Source: Candidatus Cloacimonadota bacterium
GTDB taxonomy: Bacteria > Cloacimonadota > Cloacimonadia > G963667145
Direction of reading: 5' to 3'
Assembly (NCBI GenBank): GCA_963676515.1
Contig: OY781061.1
Location: 505,520 to 537,519, forward strand
Length of the DNA stretch: 32,000 nucleotides
A program made the position numbers and the translations under genes. The first letter of the stretch is position 1, and every line of letters starts with the position of its first letter. This document shows, one piece after another, positions 1-8,544 of this stretch. The notes under the pieces were generated by a model. That model was given only the letters and a program-made list of their open reading frames with translations. It searched no databases and was not told where the DNA came from.

Positions 1-278
1 TTCTCAATTTTGCTGTCCAATCCAACATCTTCGGCTCTTTTTTGCACAATATCCAGCATCGCTTTTTGCAAATCAAGAGCAAAAACTTTGCCCCTATCAC
101 CAACCATTTTAGCCAGTGGCAAGGTGAAATAACCAGGTCCACAACCAATTTCCAAAACTTTGTCGCCACTTCGCACATAAGAAGCAAACATCTTTTTCGG
201 GTTGTGAACTAACTTGCGAATTTTGCTTAACAAGAATCCAGATTTTTCTACTGGACACACCCTTTTTTCGTTTTTCAT
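1..278 (-). CDS. Class I SAM-dependent methyltransferase (5' part of the gene, runs off the left edge)
   Basis: Reverse-strand translation from ATG at 278 gives MKNEKRCVQ...VLEIGCGPGYFTLPLAKMVGDRGKVFALDLQ..., with methyltransferase motif I (VLEIGCGPG). The start overlaps the stop of the upstream MMPL gene (TAATG). Confidence 0.85.
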   Translation of the reverse strand, partial: MKNEKRVCPVEKSGFLLSKIRKLVHNPKKMFASYVRSGDKVLEIGCGPGYFTLPLAKMVGDRGKVFALDLQKAMLDIVQKRAEDVGLDSKIE

Positions 279-2626
279 TATACTTTTCCTCTTTCAACCA
301 CTTTTTGGGGACCAAAGGGCTGGAGCATCCTGATCAAAACGGGAGTGATGAAAAAATCGGATAACAAGGCTGAGCTGATACCGATCATCGCTAAGATTCC
401 CATACTACGCAAAACTTCCGCCTGCGACACTAAGTACACGGAGTAGTTGAGGATCAGCACCAGAGATGTCATCACCAGAGCCACACCGATGGATGCAAAG
501 CAGTCCGAGGAAGCTCTTTTGTAGCTACCGGTCTTCTGATAATAGAGCTTATAGTGATTGATGAAGTGAATGGTATCGTCCACGGCAAGTCCCAGTACCA
601 TCGGCATAATCGTCACCGTGATCATATCCAGAGGTATATCCAGATAGCCCATCGCTCCACCTGCTAGCAGGGCTGGAGTAATGTTGGGAATCATCCCAAT
701 GAGTCCGATGCGGATACCACCAAAAGCGAGCATCAAAATTATCGCTATTATCACCAAAGCTAGCAAAAATGAGTAAATCTGTCCCCAAGTAACCCGCTCT
801 GCCATGGCGATCATCTTCGCCATCGTACCCACTTCTTGGATTTTGGCGGTAGGAAATAGCTCCGCCGCTTTCTTCTTAATCTTAGCAATATCTTTGTCCG
901 CTAAACCTGTATCCATTTCCGAGAGTTCCACCTGGATGCGGTAGCGGCGATAGTCGTAATCTATCCAGCGAGTTGCTTCCTTGCCTCCAGAGTTCTCATA
1001 GAGCAAAAGCTCTTGTGCTATTGCACTTTTTGTGTCTGGGATGCGAAATTCGCTTTCTTTATCATCAAAAAGCACTTTATTCAAATCTTTGAGGATTTTC
1101 ACGATGGAGGTAACTCTTTTGGTCAAGAGAGTCTCCGATTGGATGAACGAAACCAGTTTGTCCAACTTCCTCATATTCTCTGGCTCTTTCACAGATCCGT
1201 TTTCGGGAAATTCTATGATAATGTTGTAAGAGTTCAGCGACCCTATCTGCGATCTAGCAACTTTCATTATTCTTTTCACATAAGGAACTTCCGCTCCCAC
1301 AGTGTCTTCGGCATCAAAAGATATACGAAACAATGAAAAGCCAAAACAGCCCAGCAAAGTTATGAGGATGTAGAAAAAGATTATTTTTTTGCTGTTACCA
1401 AATATCCAATCGCTAAGTTGCCTTAGCCAACCAGTTGCCCACCGCAGATGTGCTACCGTCTCTGCCAAATTTGCTTGCTTGTCTTTACCAAAAGAGAAGA
1501 GAATCGGTGTAAGGCTCAGCACCAAAAGAAAGCTGACCAAGACGATGGCAGCCGAGGTCAAGCCTATCCATTGCAAGATTGGCGAGGAGATAAAAATGAA
1601 AGAGCAAAGTGCCAAAACCGTGGTCAACGCCGTGAAGAGAATAGGCCAGCCCGTTTCTTTTAGTGCATAATAAACGGACTCTTTGCGTTTACCTGTTTCG
1701 GCAAATTCAGTCTTAAAAAAGTTGAAGAAGTGGATGTTGTAACCCACCGCCACAGCAAGTCCCAAGAAAATAGGCATCGTTACCACCGTAGGGTCGAAAG
1801 TTAGCCCCAAATGCCCTTGCAACCCAAAAACCAGCATCAGTCCGAAGACGATAGTCAAAAAGGGAACGAGCATCCCACGCAAAGAGCGAAATGCGAACAA
1901 AAGAATAATGAAAACTACCAAGAAAGAGAACTTCATCACTCGGGGAACTTCCGATGCAAAGAAGTCAGTTTTCCCATACATTACCACTGGTATACCCGTA
2001 GCTTTGGGGTTCAGCTGAGCGTAGGCTGGATTTCGGGATATATCTAGCACCGCCTTGCCTATGTGCAAAGAAGCGTCGTCATCCTCTTTGTCATACCTGA
2101 GTAGTCGCAAGATTATCCATGCTTCTTTACTGTCTGGGCTTATCAGTTGCCCTTTTATTAGCTCTTTGGAAAGAGCCTTAGTGCGTAACTCTTCCAGAGC
2201 TTGCTTGTCCGTAGGAATCTCCTCGGGTATCAGATCCTCTATCACCATACCCCAGTCTGTGCCTTGGCTAAACTCCAATGCGGTGATGCTCAAAACATCA
2301 TCGGCATAAGGGACTTTGTCTTCTAGCTCATATCCCATTTGTCTTATTAACTGTAAATTCTCTTGCGTGAAAACATCGTCACAGCTGATATGCACAGCCG
2401 CCATCTCCGTATTGCCAAAAATCGCCTCCATCTGGTTTTGATCGACGATAGTTTTATCCTCATCACCAAACCAGTTGTCTTCGTCCGAAGATTTCTTTAG
2501 GTGTGGCAAGCCAAAAGCCGTGACCACCAAAAGAGCCAGCAAGCAAAAAAGATACACCCATCTGCGTTTTACGATCCAGTTACCATAGCGGTAAAACCAA
2601 CTATTTATCTTGAGCAAATCTAACAT
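278..2626 (-). CDS. RND superfamily / MMPL-family transporter (782 aa)
   Basis: Long ORF with two blocks of TM helices and large loops; motifs such as LGLAVAVGYNIHFFNFF and LGLAVDDTIHFINHY, typical of predicted RND exporters. Confidence 0.9.
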   Translation of the reverse strand: MLDLLKINSWFYRYGNWIVKRRWVYLFCLLALLVVTAFGLPHLKKSSDEDNWFGDEDKTIVDQNQMEAIFGNTEMAAVHISCDDVFTQENLQLIRQMGYELEDKVPYADDVLSITALEFSQGTDWGMVIEDLIPEEIPTDKQALEELRTKALSKELIKGQLISPDSKEAWIILRLLRYDKEDDDASLHIGKAVLDISRNPAYAQLNPKATGIPVVMYGKTDFFASEVPRVMKFSFLVVFIILLFAFRSLRGMLVPFLTIVFGLMLVFGLQGHLGLTFDPTVVTMPIFLGLAVAVGYNIHFFNFFKTEFAETGKRKESVYYALKETGWPILFTALTTVLALCSFIFISSPILQWIGLTSAAIVLVSFLLVLSLTPILFSFGKDKQANLAETVAHLRWATGWLRQLSDWIFGNSKKIIFFYILITLLGCFGFSLFRISFDAEDTVGAEVPYVKRIMKVARSQIGSLNSYNIIIEFPENGSVKEPENMRKLDKLVSFIQSETLLTKRVTSIVKILKDLNKVLFDDKESEFRIPDTKSAIAQELLLYENSGGKEATRWIDYDYRRYRIQVELSEMDTGLADKDIAKIKKKAAELFPTAKIQEVGTMAKMIAMAERVTWGQIYSFLLALVIIAIILMLAFGGIRIGLIGMIPNITPALLAGGAMGYLDIPLDMITVTIMPMVLGLAVDDTIHFINHYKLYYQKTGSYKRASSDCFASIGVALVMTSLVLILNYSVYLVSQAEVLRSMGILAMIGISSALLSDFFITPVLIRMLQPFGPQKVVERGKV

Positions 2627-2641
2627 TTTATCTCCTATTCT

Positions 2642-3796
2642 TTAAAAAGAGTATTCCGCTTTACACCACGCCATGGAGTTATCGGAAAATTTACCAAAAT
2701 TGCCTTGCTGGTCGCCGTCGTAATAGTCGTAACCTAGCAAAATGTGCAGCCCTTGACTGCAATCGTAGTCGCCACTAAATTTACAAAAAATATCTTGCCG
2801 AGCAAGGCTATTCACCGCTTGAGCAGTAAATTCTAACTGCTGACGAAAAACTTTCTTCTTGAGCGTGAGGGTCAGCAAGCTCTCCGACTCATCCCTTTGC
2901 ACATCGACAGAGTAGTCGCAAACCAAATCGGCTGTTAGCTGAGCTGTAATAGTCCAGTCGTTCCCCGGATAGCAGTCTATCCCCAGCAATCCATCCAGCC
3001 ACGGCTTCTCTACCGTTCCTCCAGCAAAAAACTTCCGCTGGTAATAAGCAGACTCCAGACGATACACAAAAGAGCCTTGTGCTGCGGAAGCTTCCACGCC
3101 TACATAGCCAGTTCGCTTGTAGTCTATCACCAAGTCACCTGCCGAGAAACTTTGCACAGGCAACCAGAAATAGTAGCCACTCACTGCAAAATCAACCGCT
3201 CCCAAGTTTTTACCCAACCTGCCTGCTATTTGGGCAGATTCTAGCGTCTTCTCGGGCAAATCGTGCTCCACACCCTTATAACCAATAACATTCCACAAAG
3301 AGTCCGCCAATGGGTACTCTGCTCTGGTCATGTACGGCAGATAGATGATGTCGAGGTCAAAATAATCGGGAGAGTAGCTGAACTTGCATGCATCCACCGC
3401 TAGGCGACTGTCTTGCAAATCTTGGCTGAGTCCCAGCGAAAAGTCTTGCGAGCAGATAATGTCCGTGATACGCAGTCCGTCGGCTTTCCCCCAAGCGATG
3501 ATCTGGCGACCAATCCTCACATCCCAAGAGTCGGCAAAGTAATCGAAATAAGCTTCCTTGAGTTCAAAACTGCTCTGGTCTGTATTATTATCACGCATCG
3601 CCTTCAAGCTAGAAAAGAAGTAGGTGCTTTGCTTGTCTTGGCTCAGTTCCAGCAAAAGCCAGTTCTTATCCAGCAAACTTTGCTGCTCGCCTTGACTCTG
3701 CCAGCCGTGATGCGAAGCAACTTTACCTGCCACATCTAGGGCAAAAATTTGCCAGCAAAAAAAAGTGAGCATTAATAGAAAAAGTTTTTTCATCAA
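2642..3796 (-). CDS. Outer-membrane beta-barrel protein (DUF1302/porin-like) with signal peptide
   Basis: Signal peptide MKKLFLLMLTFFCWQIFA; alternating aromatic/polar strands; SWDVRIGRQIIAWGKADGLRITDI motif; C-terminal ...YSF. Start overlaps the stop of the upstream gene (3793-3796). Confidence 0.65.
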   Translation of the reverse strand: MMKKLFLLMLTFFCWQIFALDVAGKVASHHGWQSQGEQQSLLDKNWLLLELSQDKQSTYFFSSLKAMRDNNTDQSSFELKEAYFDYFADSWDVRIGRQIIAWGKADGLRITDIICSQDFSLGLSQDLQDSRLAVDACKFSYSPDYFDLDIIYLPYMTRAEYPLADSLWNVIGYKGVEHDLPEKTLESAQIAGRLGKNLGAVDFAVSGYYFWLPVQSFSAGDLVIDYKRTGYVGVEASAAQGSFVYRLESAYYQRKFFAGGTVEKPWLDGLLGIDCYPGNDWTITAQLTADLVCDYSVDVQRDESESLLTLTLKKKVFRQQLEFTAQAVNSLARQDIFCKFSGDYDCSQGLHILLGYDYYDGDQQGNFGKFSDNSMAWCKAEYSF

Positions 3797-4557
3797 AACT
3801 TACCTCTTTTAAGATTTGCAACTTTGAAAATTCTATCAGACACCTCTTGGTTATATTTCACCGATTGTATTTCCAGCAATGTCGTGTGTTTCTCCTGCTC
3901 ATTGTCCATAAAGCGAGAAAACGCTGTCCAGATACCGTCGATTTTTTGGAAATTACTGGCTGTCATCCTCTTCAAAAATCTACCTCTTTTATCGTAAAAC
4001 TCACCTTTTACCACCAGCAAATAATCTTTACTCACCCACTTCACCACTTTGGAGTACTGGTACCCTTCCTCTTTGGGAGTAGACTCCACCACCCAGCAAT
4101 CCGTGTCAGCAAACTTCTCCTCTTGCAGAAGTTTATGCGTATCTTCCTCTGGCTCTCTTTGTCCCATATCGTCATAGGTAAAATCTGTCCCCATAAAGTA
4201 GTCGCTCGTGCTAGAAGAAGCTATCCGCCTTACTTTCCGCAATGCTGGCATATATAGCCATTTGTCGTCATCTTTCGTAGCGTCATCGTACGACCAGTTC
4301 AAAAAAGCTGTCCCCGCAACATCGGCAGGTTGCAAAAACACAAACAGCGATTTCTCATCTTGCCCAAAATCTTTACGAATCATCTTCGTCTGCCTCTCCC
4401 TTGTTCTGCCTTGTCTATTGGTCAGCACCATCTTACTTTCGGAAACCATCGTCTTCCCATCGTCTCTTGCGTCCACTTGCTCCATTATCTCCAATCCCGT
4501 GATCGAAAACAGGCTACTCCCAACCGCTAAAACTATAAATACAAATAAACTTCTCAT
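3793..4557 (-). CDS. Outer membrane lipoprotein-sorting protein (LolA-like family)
   Basis: Signal peptide, then FVFLQPADVAGTAFLNWSYDDATKDDDKWLYMPALRKVRRI...FMGTDFTYDDM, characteristic of LolA-like sorting proteins found next to MMPL exporters. Confidence 0.8.
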   Translation of the reverse strand: MRSLFVFIVLAVGSSLFSITGLEIMEQVDARDDGKTMVSESKMVLTNRQGRTRERQTKMIRKDFGQDEKSLFVFLQPADVAGTAFLNWSYDDATKDDDKWLYMPALRKVRRIASSSTSDYFMGTDFTYDDMGQREPEEDTHKLLQEEKFADTDCWVVESTPKEEGYQYSKVVKWVSKDYLLVVKGEFYDKRGRFLKRMTASNFQKIDGIWTAFSRFMDNEQEKHTTLLEIQSVKYNQEVSDRIFKVANLKRGKF

Positions 4558-4581
4558 TTTAAAACCGCCTTTAAATATTTT

Positions 4582-4608
4582 TGAACACTGTTTACTGAAC
4601 AGCGTTCA
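4582..4608. promoter_or_regulatory. Inverted-repeat operator candidate (TetR-like) upstream of the LolA-like/porin/MMPL operon
   Basis: TGAACACTGTT-TACTG-AACAGCGTTCA: 11-bp arms with one mismatch. Can also be read as two 13-mers, TGAACACTGTTTA and TGAACAGCGTTCA, 14 nt apart. It ends about 25 nt upstream of the start codon at 4557. Confidence 0.5.
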
Positions 4609-4734
4609 TTGTCAAGGAGCAAAATGTTTTTTTGCTCCTTTCGCTTGCAACGACCAGACTGTCGCCCTTGGCTAGACGGTTTCGTCTTCTGTCAGATGAC
4701 TGGTTTACTAAATTTTCTCTCCTGACGGATGGTC

Positions 4735-4770
4735 TTACTTTTCCCTTTGGCTGACCAAAGCGAAAAGTAA
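4735..4770. repeat. Strong hairpin in intergenic repeat mosaic
   Basis: TTACTTTTC-c-CTTTGG-CTGA-CCAAAG-c-GAAAAGTAA; 15 paired bases with a single C/C mismatch. Confidence 0.75.
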
Positions 4771-4964
4771 CAAAAGGTAAAATCAAAATACCAAATCAGT
4801 AAGCTAAATTCTAAACCTTCTTTACACGCTGAAAGGCTTGTGCTAGAAATCACAACTGTTTAATAGAGGTGATATAGCACATCGCTCTTCAGCGTAAACT
4901 CAGGGCGGCTAACGAATTTAACGCTTCCTGCTTTATGTATTTATTAGCCCAACCCTTCCTTGGG

Positions 4965-4982
4965 TTCCCGCTTCCGCGGGAA
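4965..4982. repeat. Short palindromic element (dRS3-like TTCCCGC-TTCC-GCGGGAA), copy 1
   Basis: Perfect 7-bp inverted repeat with TTCC loop; the flanks are shared with copy 2 (aaccc-tccttgg-ttcccgc...). Confidence 0.75.
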
Positions 4983-5253
4983 TCCATTCTCTCACACTAT
5001 GCTAAAAACTACCACCAGACACTGTTTCCACTCAGCACGAGCTTTTTGTAGCCACCACCTGCCACAAGAAACCACCCAATAAAAACTTTAAGCAACTAGC
5101 ATACAATTACTTACGCCTTGCGGAGCTACGCTGGCGGCGACGAGCTATATCACCAAAAAGTGACAGATGTGATTCATAGCTCAAGACTGACAGCGTGCGA
5201 GGCGAGGCTTAGTAATTTTGCTAGGAGCTTAGGTTTTTTGACTTTTTCTTTCC

Positions 5254-5289
5254 TTCTACTTCTTTTTGGTCTGTCAAAAAGAAATAGAA
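5254..5289. repeat. Hairpin in intergenic repeat mosaic, second occurrence
   Basis: TTCTACTTCTTTTTG / CAAAAAGAAATAGAA, 15-bp stem with one mismatch. Confidence 0.65.
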
Positions 5290-5423
5290 AACCCTGCGTT
5301 AGCAGAGCCAACTAAATAAATAACCGACAGTGTCCGAAATAAAGTATGGCAGTCAATTAATTAACACATATACACTCCCAAGCTGGAGCTTGGGAGCGAG
5401 AAAAAACGCCAACCCATCCTTGG

Positions 5424-5443
5424 ATTCCCGCTTCCGCGGGAAT
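5424..5443. repeat. Short palindromic element ATTCCCGC-TTCC-GCGGGAAT, copy 2
   Basis: Perfect 8-bp inverted repeat; flanks match copy 1. Confidence 0.75.
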
Positions 5444-5796
5444 GAGGCGGATAAGGTGACTAAAGGGTTGGGTGATAACTCAAAGCCTGTGGTAAGCAGA
5501 GTCAGTGCTGGTGGATACTCAAAACTGGCAGTGGACGAAAGCAAACGCTTGTGAAGACACATAATTGTCTGTGGCACACGCCCGAGAGCTTCGCTGGCGT
5601 CGAGAGAGAATGCTGAGTAAGTCATTCAAGCCGAGGTTCGTAAACTTGTTTAAACGAATGAGCTAGTGGCTGTGCGACTTGGCTTAGGTCTCTTCTTTAG
5701 GCTGGCTTTAAAAGACTTTAAGCCTGAGTTACAGCCACCGTGAAGGTAGTTTTGCAAGTTAGAATCGAGGTTTATGACTTTGATTTTTTTTTGGCA

Positions 5797-5833
5797 TTAC
5801 CTTTCTTTTTTATCACTAAAAGAAGAAAGGTAA
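5797..5833. repeat. Hairpin in intergenic repeat mosaic, third occurrence
   Basis: TTACCTTTCTT...AAGAAAGGTAA inverted repeat. Confidence 0.6.
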
Positions 5834-5884
5834 CATCCTGTGATAGCAAAAGTTAACGCCTTTCCAGCATCGTGTCAATGAATG

Positions 5885-5904
5885 GATTCCCGCTTCCGCT
5901 CAGG
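5885..5904. repeat. Degenerate palindromic element (ATTCCCGCTTCCGCT...), copy 3
   Basis: Left arm matches copies 1 and 2 exactly; the right arm is degenerate. Confidence 0.5.
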
Positions 5905-6085
5905 ATGAGGATGGTGGTAACTCAAGACTGGTGGTAAATAGAAGCAAGGGCTAGTGGACAGTTTTCACCACAAGTGGCAAAGCCTAATTGAAAAGATAAA
6001 ATTATTGTCACACATAGTAAAAATGAATAAAAAAAGCCGCCCTTTGTTTAAAAAAGGACGGCTCAATTACAAATCTAAATAAGTA

Positions 6086-7372
6086 TTACATGAAGAACTT
6101 GCCGATGAAAATCAAGGCAACGATGTAAGTAACAACACTAACTTCTTTAGCTCTACCTGAGCAAAGTTTCAATGCTGTGTAAGAGATGATACCAAAAGCA
6201 ATACCCTCAGAGATAGAGTAAGTAAGTGGCATGATAATCATAGCCAAGAAAGCTGGAAGACCTTCGGTAAAATCTGCGAAATCCACTTTCAAAATCGGAG
6301 TAAGCATAAAAAGACCCACAACGATAAGAACAGGAGCTGTAGCAGCACCAGGCACCATTGTAATCAGTGGAGAGATGAAAAGAGAAAGCAAGAACAGACC
6401 AGAGATAACCAAAGCGGTAAGACCAGTACGACCACCCTCTTCTACACCAGCGGCTGACTCTACATAAGTAGTAACAGTACAAGTTCCAAGTAGTGCACCA
6501 ACTGTAGTACCTACAGCATCAGCAAAGAGAGCTTTCTTCACGCCTGGCAATTTGCCATCAGAATCAAGCATATTAGCTTTAGAAGCCACACCAACCAAAG
6601 TACCCACTGTATCAAACATATCTACGAACAAGAATGTGAACAACACGGTAGCCATATCAAGACTAAAAACATTGCTAAAATCAAGTTTGAAAAAGATAGG
6701 AGCAAGGCTAGCAGGAGCAGAGAAAATGCCATTAAATTTGGCAGCACCCAAAATAAGAGCCAAAACAGTAGAAGAAAGAATCCCTATCATCAAAGCACCT
6801 TTGACTTTTTTGTGATGCAATACGCCAATCACCAAAACACCAAACACGCAGATCAAAGGGTTGACTGAAAGCATATCTCCCAGTCCCAGCAATACAGCAG
6901 GATTGTCAACGACAATAGAAGCTCCTTGCAAACCGATGAAAGCGATGAAAAGCCCGATACCAGCAGAGATAGCGTATTTCAAGTTAATCGGAATACTATT
7001 GACAATCGCCTCACGCACATTGAGGAAAGTCAAGATCAAGAAGATCACACCTTCCAAAAAAACTGCTGTAAGAGCAAACTCCCAAGAGTAACCCATACCC
7101 AAAACCACTGTAAAAGCAAAAAAGGCGTTCAGCCCCATACCTGGTGCAAGACCAAAAGGCATGTTTGCATACAAAGCCATCACCAAAGTAGCTATAGCCG
7201 AAGACAAAGCTGTCGCAGTGATAAGCGCCCCAAAAGGCATACCTGTTTTTGACAAGATAATGGGATTCACAATAAGGATGTAACCCATAGTCAAAAAAGT
7301 GGTGATACCAGCAAGGATTTCTGTTTTTACAGTCGTTCCATGCTCACTAAGTTTAAAGAATTTTTCGAACAT
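6086..7372 (-). CDS. NCS2-family guanine/hypoxanthine permease (AzgA/PbuG-like)
   Basis: MFEKFFKLSEHGTTVKTEILAGITTFLTMGYILIVNPIILSKTGMP...GLAPGMGLNAFFAFTVVLGMG. Start chosen at 7372 because AGGAGGAAG lies directly upstream; the supplied ORF extends to 7408. Confidence 0.93.
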   Translation of the reverse strand: MFEKFFKLSEHGTTVKTEILAGITTFLTMGYILIVNPIILSKTGMPFGALITATALSSAIATLVMALYANMPFGLAPGMGLNAFFAFTVVLGMGYSWEFALTAVFLEGVIFLILTFLNVREAIVNSIPINLKYAISAGIGLFIAFIGLQGASIVVDNPAVLLGLGDMLSVNPLICVFGVLVIGVLHHKKVKGALMIGILSSTVLALILGAAKFNGIFSAPASLAPIFFKLDFSNVFSLDMATVLFTFLFVDMFDTVGTLVGVASKANMLDSDGKLPGVKKALFADAVGTTVGALLGTCTVTTYVESAAGVEEGGRTGLTALVISGLFLLSLFISPLITMVPGAATAPVLIVVGLFMLTPILKVDFADFTEGLPAFLAMIIMPLTYSISEGIAFGIISYTALKLCSGRAKEVSVVTYIVALIFIGKFFM

Positions 7373-7509
7373 TCTTCCTCCTAAATATATAAAGTTTCCC
7401 CAAAACAAAAAGGAGCAAGTTTCAAGTCAAGATTTTTCTTTATTTTCTTGACTCATTACAAGCACTAAACGAATTAAGTAACAATAAAATTTAACTCAAG
7501 GAGAAAATT

Positions 7510-8424
7510 ATGAAAATACTTGTAGCAACACAAAAACCTTTCGCAGCAGCGGCTGTGAACAAACTCAAAGAAGCAGTTGCCAAATCAGAGCACGAGCTTG
7601 TCCTTTTCGAGAGCTATGCCGAGCAAGCAGATTTGGTAGGAGCGGTCAGCGACTGTGATGCACTGATCATCAGAAGCGACAAAGTGACCAAAGAAGTCAT
7701 AGACGCTGCAAAAAACCTGAAAATCGTCGTCCGCGGTGGAGCTGGATACGACAATGTAGATTGCGCTGCCGCCAGTGCAAAAGGCATCGTGGTAATGAAC
7801 ACTCCGGGGCAAAATTCCAATGCAGTAGCTGAGCTGGCTCTGGGAATGATGATAATGGCTGCTCGCGGATGCTACAACGGCAAGTCTGGTAGCGAACTCA
7901 AAGGAAAGACTTTGGGTATTCACGCTTACGGTAATATCGGTTGCATCGTAGCACGCCTAGCCAAAGGTTTTGGGATGAATGTTATCGCTCACGATCCTTT
8001 CGTAGACCAATGCAAAATCACAGACGGTTGTGGAGCTTGTGCCGAATCGGTAGAAGAGCTTTACTCCAAGGCGGATTATCTATCTTTGCACATCCCTGCC
8101 AATGACAAAACCAAAGGCTCTATCAACTACGAACTTTTGGCAAAAATGCCCAAGGGAGCATGCCTGGTGAACACAGCACGCAAAGAGGTAATAGACGAAG
8201 ACGGACTTTTGCAAAAAATGAGCGAAGATAAAGGGTTCAAATATATGACCGACATCGCTCCTGCTAATTTGGACAAATTCCAAGCTTTCACCGATCGCTT
8301 CTTCGCTTCTCCCAAAAAAATGGGTGCACAAACTGCCGAAGCTAATATCAACGCTGCTGTAGCGGCTGCCGAACAAATTATCGCTTTTCTCAAAGACGGC
8401 ACTAACACTTTCCAAGTAAACTAA
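7510..8424 (+). CDS. serA: D-3-phosphoglycerate dehydrogenase-like 2-hydroxyacid dehydrogenase
   Basis: IIRSDKVTKEVIDAAKNLKIVVRGGAGYDNVD...NTPGQNSNAVAELALGMM and a Rossmann region KTLGIHAYGNIG; ...VNTARKEVIDE; RBS aaggag upstream. Confidence 0.88.
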   Translation: MKILVATQKPFAAAAVNKLKEAVAKSEHELVLFESYAEQADLVGAVSDCDALIIRSDKVTKEVIDAAKNLKIVVRGGAGYDNVDCAAASAKGIVVMNTPGQNSNAVAELALGMMIMAARGCYNGKSGSELKGKTLGIHAYGNIGCIVARLAKGFGMNVIAHDPFVDQCKITDGCGACAESVEELYSKADYLSLHIPANDKTKGSINYELLAKMPKGACLVNTARKEVIDEDGLLQKMSEDKGFKYMTDIAPANLDKFQAFTDRFFASPKKMGAQTAEANINAAVAAAEQIIAFLKDGTNTFQVN

Positions 8425-8544
8425 AATTACAAATAGCGAATTCAAAAGAAGGCAGGAAATATATCTCTTGTTTAGAGCATGTTCCCCTGCCTTCATTTTT
8501 TCTTTAATCCTTATCACTTTCGCTCAATATTTGATGTCTTCAAG

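Noticed and set aside
109-315. ORF 109-315 on the plus strand
   Set aside because: Antisense to the methyltransferase and to the end of the MMPL gene; no family features.
5118-5625. ORFs in the 4.6-6.0 kb intergenic region (5118-5315, 5330-5554, 5353-5625)
   Set aside because: They translate palindromic repeats (SRFRGNE, LLLLFGLSKRNRKP), a common mis-annotation source; no RBS or domain support.
7373-7509. Purine riboswitch between the permease and serA
   Set aside because: The divergent 137-nt spacer is A/T-rich, and I could not identify a conserved purine-aptamer core by eye. Only ribosome-binding sites are clear.
8127-8408. Reverse-strand and alternate-frame ORFs inside serA (8080-8517, 8127-8408, 7585-7923)
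   Set aside because: They lie antisense to a strongly supported conserved coding sequence, have no recognisable domains, and look like shadow ORFs.
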